The notes: generated by a model not told the origin, from the letters alone. Shown: positions 14,049-27,512, counted from the first letter of the stretch. The stretch: DNA of 64,000 nucleotides from Octopus vulgaris (GCA_951406725.2 OX597814.1:188108001-188172000), one strand, 5' to 3'. Program-made: numbers and translations.

Positions 14049-14093
14049 ATATACTGACAATCGTTCCGGGATCACTCCCTCATCTGTGTATAT
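14049..14093 (-). ncRNA. Decayed hammerhead ribozyme motif
   Basis: atataca-CAGATGA-ggga-gtga-tccc-GGAA-cgattg-TC-agtatat: helices retained, two core substitutions. Confidence 0.55.
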
Positions 14094-14954
14094 TTGTAGA
14101 ATTTAAAGTCAAAATTCAATTCATATCGTTTCCTTTTCTTTTGAAATTTTGAAGTGAATACATAATACTTGATGCCCGGAAGATATAACGATTGAATCGA
14201 AACAGAGAGAAACACGATTATTCTTGCTCTAAATTCTTATTATTCATATGATATGATATAATATAAAGTTGTGTCTCATTAATGACTGCTAAGTTGTAGC
14301 TTGTGTTGGAGACATTAATTATTATATATAGGACGGGATTCTTTCAGTTTCCGTCTACCAAATCTACTCACAAGGCTTTGGTCGGCCCGAAGCTATAGTA
14401 GAAGACACTTGCCCAAGGAGCCACTCAGTGGGACTGAACCCGGAACCATGTGATTGGGAAGCAAGCCTGTGTAGCTTATGTAACTACACAGAGGAAGATT
14501 TTATTTTGAGGAAATTTGAACAACGTACTTGATCTGTTACGCACTTTAGAAGTATAACTTTGGATTATTATTGATATACTGTTAATGTCTGATTTGCTGA
14601 TCATTAGGGAAATGCATAGTAAAGTTCAATAGTCAATTAAATTTTGCTGACGGAAAGGACAAATCTAAACAGTAAACTTAAGTGTGCACTAATTAGAGAA
14701 TGAAATAATAATTACTATCTCCTTGAGAAGATACAACGCTTATGAGAGCACAGAAAGACACACATGCACACACAGACACAGAAACACACACACACACACA
14801 CGCATGCGTAAACACTCATGTAAGTATACATGTTTCCTTCGTTTCATTTCTGCCTCATTAGCACGGGAACTGTAGGATGAAACCGTGTCTTAAGGACTAG
14901 GAGGGAAAATAAGACGACAGCAATAATGATGCTGACAATGATATTGATGACGAA

Positions 14955-15034
<80 letters not shown>

Positions 15035-15054
15035 ATAATAATAATAATAATAAA

Positions 15055-15447
15055 AACTTTTACTTTTACTTTTACTTGTTTCAGTCATTTGACTGTGGCC
15101 ATGCTGGAGCACCGCCTTTAGTCGAGCAAATCGACCCCAGGACTTATTCTTTTGTAAGCCTAGTACTTATTCTATCGGTCTCTTTTGCCGAACCGCTAAA
15201 TTACGGGGACGTAAGCACACCAGCATCGGTTGTCAAGCGATGTTGGGAGGACAAACTCAGACACACAAACATACACACACACAAACACACATATATATAC
15301 ATGTACATATATACGGCGGGCTTCTTTCAGTTTCCGTCTACCAAATCCACTCACAAGGCTTTGGTCTGCTCGAGGCTATGGTAGAAGACACTTGCCCAAG
15401 GTGCCACGCAGTAGGACTGAACCCGGAACAACCACTCCTGTGCCTAC
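15055..15447 (-). mobile_element. SINE family A, near full length
   Basis: Reverse complement of the 55918-56298 copy, with a small head deletion. Confidence 0.85.
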
Positions 15448-15844
15448 TATTTTGATTTTTAAAATTATTTATGCTGTTGTTAATAGTAATGGTGGAAATT
15501 TTTAGAACGGCTGATCACTCGCTAATGATTCTAGTCGATTAAGAGATAATCTAGAACTAGAAAAATCAACAAAAACTAAGCGTCAAAAAAGGAAGGTAAG
15601 ACACAAACTCACAGAGGTTCCAAAACATATCCAGCTTCGCCAATAAAGAACAAGAAGAAGAAAAATACAACAGTATTTTTCTGTGAATCGAATGCAAAAT
15701 TATAGAAAGCGAAAAAGGCAAAAAATGGAACGTTTCGAACTTCGGTATTCTTCCTGTTTTAGAAGAAAGAAAAACCAGCTGGTAACTATTTAGAACTTCT
15801 GCGAGTTATTACCTACTGTGCGTTTATATGAACGAGTATTTACC

Positions 15845-16258
15845 TATTTCTTTACTACCCACAAGGGGCTAAACACAGGGAACAAACAAGGACAGACAAA
15901 CGGATTAAGTCGATTACATCGACCCCAGTGCGTAACTGATACTTATTTAATCGACTCCGAAAGGATGAAAAGCAAAGTCGACCTCGGCGAAATTTGAACT
16001 CAGAACGTAGCGGCAGACGAAATACCTATTTCTTTACTACCCACAAGGGGCTAGACACAGAAGGGACAAACAAGGACAGACAAACGGATTAAGTCGATTA
16101 CATCGACCCCAGTTCGTAACTGGTACTTAATTTATCGACCCCGAAAGGATGAAAGGCAAAGTCGACCTCGGCGGAATTTGAACTCAGAACGTAGCGATGG
16201 GCAAAATACCGCTAAGCATTTCGCCCGGCGTGCTAACGTTCCTGCCAGCTCGCCGCCT
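15845..16258 (-). mobile_element. SINE family B tandem dimer with 18-bp TSD
   Basis: TSD tatgaacgagtatttacc at 15827-15844 and 16259-16276; structure head-body-tail-body-tail. Confidence 0.9.
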
Positions 16259-16969
16259 TATGAACGAGTATTTACCGGCGTTTAACTGACATACACGCAT
16301 ACAAACGAATGCATTCATTCATAAGAAATAAAGCATCTGCGTAGGGCTTTCTAGGCAGGTATTCTGCTGTTTCAGAAGCAGCTGCATAAACAATGAAATC
16401 ATGAAAGCACGTTAAAAACATCCGAATGAATTTAATTCATTTGGTTTCTGACTAAAGATTCAAAACTTTAGATGTAACAACACTCTATGATGGAATTTGG
16501 AACATGTCCAAATCCCGAATATCTAAAAGTATGATTGCACTCGTAGACACCCATGCAGCGACATATTACACACTTTTATAACAACTCTTTTACTTGTTTC
16601 AGTCATTGGAGTGTGGCCATGCTGGAGCACCTATTGAAGAGTTTAGTCGGACAAATCGGCTCCAGTACTTATTATATCAGTCTCTTTTGCCGGACCGTTA
16701 TGTTAGGAGGATGTCAAGCGGTGTAGAGACAAGCACAAAGACATGCGCACTCTCACATACATATACACACACGACACAGTTTTCAGCAATCAAATTCACT
16801 GACAAGGCATTGGTCGACTCTTGCCATCAATAAAAGACCGTTTTCCAAGGTGTGCGTAATGGGTGTGAACCCTATCTAAAATCATGTGGTTGGGATATAC
16901 CAGCAGATAGTTCTTACACCATTTTGCATATAGTCATAGACAGCAAAACACATACCTTGTGTATGTGTA

Positions 16970-17434
16970 CCGTAAATCCTCGAGTATAGCCCACAGGAGA
17001 TTTTTAGGGGTCTGTACCTCTGAAAAACCTAAACCTTGTGTATAATACGCACCCCTTCTCTAAATTGAGTCAAGGAGGTCTATATAACGTCCTTGGTTTG
17101 TAAAACTATATACAGTAACGACCTTTATTATTATTGTATATATGACATAATGCAAACGTGTAGCTTTTTTTTGCATTTTGTTTGCAGAAAATAAAGAAAT
17201 AACAGTAATAACGTTTAATAAATGTTGCTTATTGCAAGTTATGGATGATTCTTTTATGACTTCATTGCTTTCAGGCTTAGCTTAAGGTATTTTCGCGTCT
17301 GAATAAACATTGCCGGACAGCAAATAGAGACTCGGACATTGCTTAGAAAAATATTTTTCATTTTTAACCTTGTATATAGTACGCACCAGGGATTTTGACC
17401 TTCAAATTTTGGGAAAAATGCGGATTATACTCGG
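16970..17434. mobile_element. pogo/Tigger-like MITE
   Basis: TA-ccgtaaatcctcgagtatagccc ... cggattatactcgg-TA (right TIR partly deleted). Confidence 0.6.
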
Positions 17435-17479
17435 TATTCAATATTGTTTATACCTCTCGAGCTACTTCTAATTCATACT

Positions 17480-17808
17480 TGAGGTTTTTCCTTGGTCATC
17501 CCAGTAGTTGTAGGGGCACTCGGAGCTTTAACAACGAAGTTCGAGAAATATGTTGGAGAAAATGGAATTGACATAAGGATAGAGCACGCTAAAAAAAAAA
17601 AAAACTGATCTATTGGGGACAGTGAGGATTTTGAGATTGGTACTTGGTCGTTGAGTATCATCCACAATATTAAAAATCTAGGTACCAAGTCTGATAATTG
17701 GTGGAAAGAGAACCTGAGAGACCTTGTGAAACCTTTGACAACAGGTTGCCGTCCGGTCTCACAGTATTTACCGGAGCGAGCAAGATAGAGAACTCTGAGA
17801 GGTAAAAT
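17480..17808 (+). mobile_element. R4/Dong-type retrotransposon 3' end followed by (TAA)n
   Basis: Reads VIPVVVGALGALTTKFEKYVGENGIDIRIEHA...LLGTVRILRLVL, the RLE C-terminus, then a 3' UTR running into (TAA)n. Confidence 0.75.
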
Positions 17809-17829
17809 ATAATAATAATAATAATAATG

Positions 17830-17878
<49 letters not shown>

Positions 17879-17901
17879 TAATAATAATAATAATGATGAT
17901 G

Positions 17902-17933
<32 letters not shown>

Positions 17934-17955
17934 GATGATGATGATAATAATAATA

Positions 17956-18458
17956 AATGCCCTGATACAATACCAGGCATTGGGTTTGAAAGAGTTATGT
18001 ATATTGTTTTGTCTTGGTATAAAAGATGGGCTATAGCAAATATTCTGCTCAATACCTCAGATTTGCTTGTCAGTTGTTTGACCTTAATCAGTTGAGCATG
18101 TCTCTTGGTGGCTGACGATATGTGCATCTCTGATCACGAGCAGAAGTAGCGAGGGAGCATCATAACCATGTGTTGAGAGGAATTCTTTGGGGTTTGAATT
18201 ATTCAATAATTCACTTTTGGGAACATGGGCGTTCTGTTCAACTCCTCAAAAAACCGTTATCCAGGGACTTTTTGAGTGGGATGGGATACTCGACCTGAAG
18301 AAAATTCTAACTGGGCCCCACCTGTAAGGTCATGAGCTGTTTATCTTGATGCATGTGCCTGGTGTACCCTTATCAGACGGGTAGTCATAATGGGTGTACT
18401 GGGCTTTGTATATTTGTATCCCAGTGTTACTTTGATGGCTCACTCTGCTCTCTCACTC
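17956..18458. mobile_element. Interspersed repeat embedded in (TAA)n, possibly Dong/R4-derived
   Basis: Non-simple ~500-bp segment flanked on both sides by TAA tracts; the family assignment is inference. Confidence 0.35.
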
Positions 18459-18744
18459 AATAATAATAATTGATAGAATTAACACTATTATAATTAAGCT
18501 TTGTAATTTACCTGCATCGGAGATCCGTCAATGGAAGCTGATTCATAAGTCTGACCGAATTTGAACTTGAATGTTCTTCCCTTGGGTACTCCTACAATAC
18601 CAACATTGATTTCCCAGGTATCATCACTCAGTTTTTTATATTCAATCTCTGTACGGGCTGCTCTATACCACTCCTTCTTCTCGGCGGGCAGTCCTGTGGA
18701 GTAGAGAAATAAATAAAAATGTCATATGTTAAAAAGAGTCAAAA

Positions 18745-18781
18745 CTATTGAAAAGGTTGCAAGACGCAACGAAAATTTTAG
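18745..18781 (+). ncRNA. Candidate minimal hammerhead with U3:A8 covariation
   Basis: cta-TTGAAAA-g-gttgc-aagac-gcaac-GAAA-AT-TT-tag; a second copy lies on the minus strand at ~13859-13896. Confidence 0.45.
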
Positions 18782-19300
18782 GAATATAAAAATAAGAAAA
18801 AAAAAGTGGAAATTTTACCGGTGAGTGTGTTATATTATAAGGCGCAAAAAGAAAATGACTCTCCCCAGACACAACAGAATATGTTAAAAAGATATAGCTA
18901 AAAGGAGTGAAAAAAAAACAAACAAAATAAAACAATATTAAAAAGATAAGTTTGCAAACGTTATTCGAAACAGGTCATTTGTCTATAGACAGTAATTTAG
19001 AGAGCCATGGCAACGCAGTTGGGACGAGTTCCATTATAAACAAGAACTAATATAAAGATTGGACTTCAACGCTAAAATGTTTAACAATCTTATAATTCTT
19101 TCAAAAATAATCCCTATCAAAACGTAAAGGGAACAAGAGGGTTTCTGGCTTCGTTGCTGTGACAAGATTACAGCAATCACACTTGTATAAGGGATATGTC
19201 AACCACTCCCACCACACATGTATGTATGTATGTATGTATGTATGTATGTATGTATGTATGTATGTATGTATGTATGTGTGTATGTGTGTATGTATGTATG

Positions 19301-19335
<35 letters not shown>

Positions 19336-19380
19336 GTATGTATGTATATATGAATGTGTGTGTATGTGTGTATGTGCATG

Positions 19381-19414
<34 letters not shown>

Positions 19415-20405
19415 TGTATGCAAATACCCCCCCCCCCCAAAAAAAAAAAAAAACAAAAAAAAAACAACTACCAGTGCTATTGTGTAATATACATTGCATG
19501 ACATGAATGATTCAATCTTCCTTATCATCAATGTGTGATTGTTTACTTCATGTTGTTGAAACAATTGTAAACCATGGAATAATGTTATTCCACCCTTTAC
19601 TTATACATACATACATACATAGATAGATACATACACACATACGTACATACATGTATATAATAAAACATTATACAGTATAATTATACTGTATTATATATAT
19701 AATATAATATTCATGCTTAATCTTTCTCCTAGTTGCATTAACACAAGGCGTTAATTCGCCGTTTTCATATATTCCACAAATTCTTCCTGCAAACTACAAC
19801 ACGCTTTGAACATCTATCAATCTAATAATATGGGAAAAGGACGAGGAATTCTGTGTCTTGGAGAGACATGCGTTCGAAAATTATCGCAGAATGAAATCAA
19901 ATATCGAGACCTGCACCAAAAAATTTCAAATATTCGGGCCAGATATCTTTGCAAATTATCTTAATCTAGAGCGACAACTATAAAGGCGGCTTTACGGGGA
20001 TATTGGGTGTTCAGAAGAGTGGTGAATAAAAATAAATTAAACCAGTTAGAGTACTTAAATTTTTAAAATGCATTATACAAATCTTTGCTGGAATAACATA
20101 TGAGCAGTGTTATCAGTAAGAATATGACTGATGATGCCCCAGGGACGAATGTAATTCATTATATAACTCCTCGTCTTCTTTAGGAATTTTCATAAAATTT
20201 CAACGTGGAAGGCACTAGTTTACGCAAATTATGGGATAGTATTAGAAAATATAGATAACAAACCAATGTGCAAAATCAGTTCTTGTTTGATATAATTTGA
20301 TTTTATTTCGTCAAAACACGGAGAGTGGTATTATTTATAAAACATCATTCGGTGAAAGTGGGCTGTGATGATTTATAAAACATCATTGGTATCATTTATA
20401 AAGCA

Positions 20406-20821
20406 AAGGCAGCGAGCTGGCAGAAATGTTAGCACGCCGGGCGAAATGCGTAGCCGTATTTTGTCTGCCGTTACGGTCTGAGTTCAAATTCCGCCGAGGT
20501 CGACTTTGCTTTTCATCCTTTCGGGGTCGAAAATTAAGTACCAATTACGCACTGGGGTCGATATAATCGACTTAATCCGTTTGTCTGCCCTTGATTGTCC
20601 TCTCTGTGTTTAGCCCCATGTGGGTAGTGAACAAATAGGTATTTCGTCTGCCGTTACGTTCTGAGTTCAAATTCCGCCGAGGTCGACATTGCCTTTTATC
20701 CTTTCGGGGTCATAAATATAAGTACCAGTTGAGGACTGGGGTCGATATAATCGACTTAATCTGTTTGTCTGTCCTTGTTTGTCCTCTCCGTGTTTAGCCC
20801 CTTGTGGGTAGTAAAGAAATA
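20406..20821 (+). mobile_element. SINE family B tandem dimer with 15-bp TSD
   Basis: TSD ggtatcatttataaa at 20388-20402 and 20822-20836; ~183-bp body-tail duplicated. Confidence 0.9.
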
Positions 20822-21129
20822 GGTATCATTTATAAAACATCAGAGTGGTATCAATTATAAAACATCATTCGGTGAAAATGGGCTGTGATCTAGAAAATGT
20901 TCTGAGCCACTGTTTTAAAGTATTAAAACAGATTATCTAACCTGAAAATTTGACTTCTCTAAGTATTTTACAGACAATCTTAGTTTAGAAAATTTGACCT
21001 TATCTTTATGAGTCACGTAGTCTCATACTTTATATGTGCTGGATCCTTATAATGGTTTCATTAAGCTTTACTGCTGATTATTATCGTTTCTAGCCGACGG
21101 TTTTAAGTCATTCATGAGCAAGAATTATT

Positions 21130-21520
21130 GTGTTGGAAATTGATATAGTTTATTCGAAAATATATGCTGCAAAGATCAAAGCTTCAGTTTCAAGCTTCAT
21201 GGAAATTTTCGTTAGCCACACCGTTGATTTTTGTTGTCTGGCCTACTCCATCCCCATATCGCTTTTAACTTGACCAATAGATTCTTTTGTTCGTCAGTCA
21301 AACTTTCTTTCCGCCAGTTTTAATCTTTTCTTCAACATCTGTGATCTGGGATGCGTTTACTCTTTCAATAAGCTATTCCAAATCGTTCTTTACATACCAA
21401 ACAACACCATTCTCTTCTGCTTCTATGCACTTTTCACATTCAATCAGATATCCTCTTGCAGCTGTAGTTATATGTATGAATGATCGGTCCCGTTTTCAGA
21501 TGGAATGTAGCCTCAGTTAT
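21130..21520 (-). mobile_element. Degenerate R4/Dong-type ORF fragment (post-RT region)
   Basis: Minus strand reads ARGYLIECEKCIEAEENGVVWYVKNDLE and KLETEALIFAA, typical of RLE-clade ORFs (ETE..I.AAQ motif). Confidence 0.65.
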
Positions 21521-21740
21521 TCTATTTTTCTATTGTTTTAACTATATATATACATATATACATACATATACATACATAACACAGCACACACACACACACA
21601 CACACACTTTTCGTTTTGGATTTAGTTTGGAAGACTTTAGATGTGAACTCGTGTGTTGAAACAAATTTTGTTGAATCTCGTGAGGGTTATTACTCCAATA
21701 ATAAGCAAACAACCTGGTTAAGTTTTTTCCTTTATTATTT

Positions 21741-21913
21741 GTTAATTGGTTAGTTATTTAATCAGCCAGCTAATCGATCACCTCTTTAATCAGTGAGTTG
21801 ATGAGGTCATGAATAGCAACAAAAGGATTTCCACAAACAACTGATTGCTTGTTTAACCGACTGATTAAGCAAGCGGCCGATTAGTTGGCTGATTAAATAA
21901 CTAACCAATTGAC
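21741..21913. repeat. Imperfect inverted repeat (fold-back hairpin)
   Basis: gttaattggttagttatttaatcagccagctaatcg ... cgattagttggctgattaaataactaaccaattgac. Confidence 0.85.
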
Positions 21914-21954
21914 TACTAATATTATCATTATTGGCGTAATGGCCCTCCCAAAAT

Positions 21955-21989
<35 letters not shown>

Positions 21990-21998
<9 letters not shown>

Positions 21999-22333
21999 AA
22001 ATCCGTTCTGTCTGTCTGTCTAGGATCTCGGGCATCCTCCGTCTGATTGCGCTCAAATTTGATATGTAGATACCGACGTTATCAGGGCGTGTATAAGCCT
22101 TGAAAAAATTACAAAAATCGATTCCAGGTGAGAGTGCGATCGATAAAGTGGATAAAATCGTTTTTCTTTGGAATAGAAAAGAAGTCTATCTTTATTTCTT
22201 CTTTTGGTGGTGTCTCAAATTTAGGTTAAATCAGTGTTTCTCAAAGGGGAGGCCAAGTTGTTTTGAGAAAATTTGGTTTAAATGTTTCACAACTCAGCAC
22301 CATCCATTGGACGGGGTGGGGCGTTTTGCTCGT
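21990..22333 (+). mobile_element. Helitron-like non-autonomous element (second copy at 43129-44085)
   Basis: 5' tatataaaatccgttctgtctgtc, GC-rich subterminal segment and 3' gctcgt (CTAG variant); no TIR or TSD. Confidence 0.6.
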
Positions 22334-22591
22334 ATATATATATATCTATATCTATATATAATATAATATATATATATACATAAACACACATATATGGTTC
22401 AATAGTGTATTAAAACAAAACAAAAAAAAAAACAAAACAAAAAACAAAGACAGTTGAGGGAACAACAAAGAAGGTGTATTAGTTCGACGCCCGGGAAAAC
22501 ATGTACGCGTTTGTGAGTATGTATCTATATATGAACATACAAAATTGAACATACAAACAAGCTTGCATATATATGTGTAATAATATGTCAT

Positions 22592-22803
22592 TCCTTGGAT
22601 GACGTAAGAAGATACCCTGATGAATTCTTTGCCATGAAACCACATCAATTCTGGGAAGAGGGTATTTTCAAGTTAAAGGAAAGATGGAGACGCAGTATGC
22701 AACAAAATGGTTCATATTTGGTTGATTAAAAATGTAATGGCAAGTATTTATTGCCCATTCTGTTTCCTTTAAAATTCGGCACGAACTTTCCAGACGACCC
22801 AAT
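22592..22803 (+). pseudogene. mariner transposase C-terminal remnant and right TIR
   Basis: SLDDVRRYPDEFFAMKPHQFWEEGIFKLKERWRRSMQQNGSYLVD* (stop 22727-22729), then a TIR-like cggcacgaactttccagacgacccaa-TA. Confidence 0.85.
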
Positions 22804-23044
22804 AGTATCCAAACTAGTATTCAAATACCATCCGTTTTTCATAATATATAATCAGGTTTGATTTATATACCCGTACATTTATGCATATTTTCATTTAATT
22901 CCTTATTGTACTTTGTGTGAAGGAGCGTGGCTTAATGGTCAGGGGTATTCGGATCACGATCGTTTAGGTCGTGAGTTCGATTAGCGGCGGCGCGGTAAGG
23001 CACTTTATTTCATGTTGCCCCTATCCACTCAGCTGGCAAAAGTT

Positions 23045-23138
23045 AAGTTACGGGGACGTAAGTTACGCTAAGTTACAGGGACGTAAACACACCAGCATCG
23101 GTTGTCAAGCGACGTTGGGGGGACAAACAGACACACAA

Positions 23139-23191
<53 letters not shown>

Positions 23192-23375
23192 TACACATAT
23201 ATACATATATACGATAGGCTTCTTTCAGTTTCTGTCTACCAAATCCACTCACAAGGCTTTGGTCGACCCGAGGCTATAGTAGAAGACACTTGCCCAAGGT
23301 GCCACGCAGTGGGACCTGACCTGGAACCATGTGGTTGGTAAAAAAGCTACTTACCACACAGCCACTCCTACGCCT
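23045..23375 (-). mobile_element. SINE family A, partial
   Basis: Same head and CORE-like sequence as the other copies. Confidence 0.8.
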
Positions 23376-23782
23376 ATACTTTATAAATCTGATAAAAATA
23401 TTCACTGCTTATATATTTTCAGTTTTTTAATTTGTTTCTACAACCGCATTACACGCACACTATTGATGTTTGCTTTCTTCTTATAACAGATTATGCAAAT
23501 TGGTTTCATATATACCAGATAGTGTAATGTTACTTTTATAACATTTTAATGTGCAGAAGTGTACGTAACAAACCCAGTTAACAAAATGCTTTTCATTCTC
23601 ATGTTCATGATTTTATCAAATTCATTAAATTCAACTTTGTCCTCAAGTTACCAAGTACTGGAATGTATCAGGCGTACGCGTCCAGTAATCGGTAGGAAAT
23701 ACGTAAGGAGGTAATAAACGATGCTTAAATTAATATATAAAATTTCAATATTAAGCAATTTTAGTTTTCCATTGAAGTGAAT

Positions 23783-24105
23783 GTGGAGGCGCAATGATCC
23801 AGTGGTTAGGGCAGCGGACTCGCGGTCGGAGGATCGTGGTTTCGATTCCCAGACCGGGTGTTGTGTGTGTTTATTGAGCAAAAACACGTAAAGTTCCACG
23901 AGGCTTCGGCAGGGGGTGGTGGCGCCCCCTGTTGTACTCTTTTGCCCCAACTTTCTCTCATTCTTTCTTTCTGTTTCTTGAGTAACGCTGCGATGGACTG
24001 GTGTCCCGTCCAGCTGGGGAGAACACATACGCCATAGAAACCGGGAAGCCGGGCCCATGAGCCTGGCTAGGCTTGAAAAGGCACATAAATAAGAAGAAAA
24101 ATTCA
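23783..24105 (+). mobile_element. SINE family C (tRNA head, V-domain-like core)
   Basis: tRNA-like head with A/B boxes; ctgcgatggactggtgtcccgtccag core; TSD aagtgaat. Confidence 0.8.
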
Positions 24106-25123
24106 AGTGAATATTAATAATTAGTTGTTATATGAATTAAATAATTTTTAATACAGAATTTCTTCATCAAATTCGATTTCAACCTCAATCTCGTCAACGT
24201 CAACTTCATATTCGTCGATCAGTATACGTATTCACTAACGTAAACACATATATCACCATCACCGAACTCACTTTGATTACAGGTGATAATTGTTTTGGAT
24301 TCTTTTTAGAAATATGTTAAGAGAGTTAAGAAATGGAAATAAGGAATAAAAAGTTAAATTAATGACATTTATTTTTGTATATGTATATAGTATGATATTA
24401 ATAGTTATCGCCAAGCTAACATGGCAGTCCAGAAAAATAGGACAAATGCTGCCGTTGATTAGCTCCAAGAGGTCACCGCCTCTAGCTAGCTATAGAGAGA
24501 ATTAGAAATAATGATATTTCTATATAGTATGAGTTTTACGTATATATAATTGATTAAATTTACATATCCTTAAATCCTTTAAAATGTTTCAGCCCGAAGG
24601 CTGCGGCCATGCTAGGGCACCACCGCTGAAATATATTTATTATAATATATTTATTATAATGTAAGATATTCTGTTGTCCCTGGGGAGAGTCATTTTCTTT
24701 TTGTGTCTTATAATGTAACACATTCATCGGTAAAATTTCGATTTATTTCTTATTTTTATTGTAAAAAGGCACAAAAAGAAAATGACTTTCCCCAGACACA
24801 ACAGAATATGCTTCAACGCACGAACTCATATAAAGAATCTTGCAAACCAAATCCAAAAGCGAAATGTAAGACGCAACAAATTTTATTATACAAAACTTGT
24901 AATACTTTACAAAACATTTAGACTGAATCTATTGTGTGGGCGTACACATTTTAAAGAGCAATATATATATTTTAACAACTGGAAAATAACCCGTCTTTTT
25001 TAATTTTTACTATGTTTCGTAATGGCATATTATTCATTAAGCATATAGTATCTTAAATAAGTATTAGGAATGTGATTTGGATTGTTGACAGAAACAGGTC
25101 TTAAATATATGTAGCAATTCATG

Positions 25124-25355
25124 AAGGCGGCGAGCTGGCTGAATCGTTAGCACGCCGGGCGAAATGCGTAGCCGTATTTCGTCTGGCGCTACGTTCTGAG
25201 TTCAAATTCCGCCGAGGTCGACTTTGCCTTTCATCCTTTCGGGGTCGATAAATTAAGTACCAGTTACGCACTGAGGTTGATGTAATCGACTTAATCCGTT
25301 TGTCTGTCCTTGTTTATCCTCTCTGTGTTTAGCCCCTTGTTGGTAGTAAAGAAAT
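25124..25355 (+). mobile_element. SINE family B monomer
   Basis: aaggcggcgagctgg...gtagtaaagaaata. Confidence 0.85.
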
Positions 25356-25493
25356 ATATATGAAATTAACGTTACTCCCACTCGATGACTGTCACCTTAG
25401 TTCAATTCTAAGGATTTATATATCGAATATTTTAATGTGTGATACAGAATATTTCTACGATGATTTTAAATCAGTGCCAACTTCTTTAATACG

Positions 25494-25730
25494 GTGGATC
25501 AAAATATTTCAGCTAAAATTACATCCGTAGTGAGAAGAACGAATGCCCAAGGACGAAAGAAGAGAGGGAGATACAGGAAGAGATTGCACACCACCTTCAA
25601 AGAAGAGGTGAAGCAGTTTAGCGTCGCCTGGGATCTTACAGGCAATGATGCTAAAAACCAGCATTACTGGAAACGTCTTGTTGCTGAATGTAGAGGCCAA
25701 CTGTACGGGAGGAACTATGACCAATACTAA
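25494..25730 (+). mobile_element. RTE-clade LINE 3' remnant
   Basis: QGRKKRGRYRKRLHTTFKEEVKQFSVAWD...AKNQHYWKRLVAEC resembles the G.R.RGRP...W...A..R..W..LV C-terminus of RTE ORFs. Confidence 0.6.
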
Positions 25731-27192
25731 GAGTAATGAGAAGAAAAAGACCCCCCCCCACACTAACTAAACATAGACGCACATAGAGATATACGCATGC
25801 GCAAATGAAGACACATACAATAGAAATACAAAATGGTTGAAGGTTAGTAAGGAGAGACACACAAATAAGAAGGAAGAAAGCAAAGGACCACTGATGCGGT
25901 CACAGGAGTATGACGAAAGAACTCTGGCCGAAATAAGATTAAGATTAATGTAAAAAATAAATAACGCTGAAGCAAAGTAACACCAAATATATAGTGCGTG
26001 TGTTTTTATTGGCTAAACTGGCAACATGACCATTCCTAAATACAACAAAACCCATTAACTTAACTATTAATTTTTGCCAAAGAAGGTATGGGAGATAATC
26101 TTCAAATTTAACATTTTTACGATTAGTTCAGCTTCTGTTAACGCCACACTTCTCTTTTATATTTCTCAACAACTCAGTGTTATTTCTTCTGCCAACTTTG
26201 CACCACTCTTATGAAGAAATATATTTCCTGAGAATCCGTTACCGCACAGTTTTGATGAAAAATTCTGCGTGTTGCCGTACAAAAATCTTCACACATATGC
26301 ACTACATTAGATAAAATATATAACAAATACTCAGATGAATAGATATGTGTGGTTGTATAGTTATTATATTAACATTATGAATAAACATATGGTCTTTAAT
26401 AGTGGTAATTACTTGCATCTCAATTGGAAGAAGTAAGTTAACAAACTCCTGCTGTTACATGTTTACTTAAACCGACATATACACACATCAACACGTTCAT
26501 AGGCATGCACACAGGCAAGCAGGTAAATAACTTCCGTTTCACATAAGATTAAAACAATTAAGTTGAAGATAACTTATCAAGTAGTGTACGTGGGAGCGCA
26601 GAGTAGTAATATTATTAATGACTAACTGCCGCGAACGGAGATCGAAAACGCATGTTTAAAGAAACGCCATTGCTATATTCGTCTCAAAACATATAACATA
26701 TAACCTCTGTGTTATCAGGTGTTGCCTGATATTTGTTGCCTGACTACAGCCACTGTACTTAGTAATACATGTAACCGACAGATGTGCTTGATTACGGCGT
26801 CATTAAGTACTGAAGTGAGTCGATCGTAGGAGCTCAATTATTGACAGGAAATGAGTGAAGGGGGATTCGTTATCGTTTTTAAATCAATTTATGGGTTTCG
26901 ATATAATTTAACCAGAGAAAATATAGGAAGTGCTGAGAAACTTTAAGGAAAATTTGCTCTAGAACAATATTTAATAAGCATAGAGAACGCACCTGCAAGA
27001 AAGAGAAGAAAGACGTATGAATGATGGAAGGAATAAAAGAATAATAGGAAGTAAAAGAGAAGGCGAATAGAGGAATACAGTAATACAGACATACTTTTCA
27101 TATTTATTTAGATAACATTATCAAATAATCAAGTAATTACACCATATCTAAACTATGCATATATATATATGTGTATGTGTATGCGTGTATAC

Positions 27193-27263
<71 letters not shown>

Positions 27264-27387
27264 CGTATCTATCTGTCTATCCCTCCATCCATCTGGACGT
27301 ATAGTTCACACGCAGTATATTCCACTTACACTTCAAATAATTAAAGACACAAAACGCACTAAGTCACCACACACACGCATAGCCACA

Positions 27388-27425
<38 letters not shown>

Positions 27426-27473
27426 TCTTATATATATTATATATATATATATATAGATCTTATATATATTATA

Positions 27474-27512
<39 letters not shown>

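Noticed and set aside
20125-20160. ctgatgatgccccagggacgaat, HHR-like
   Set aside because: Helix II is imperfect, GAAA is absent and helix III is missing.
22618-22656. ctgatga...gaaac as a hammerhead
   Set aside because: No helix II; it lies within a mariner transposase reading frame.
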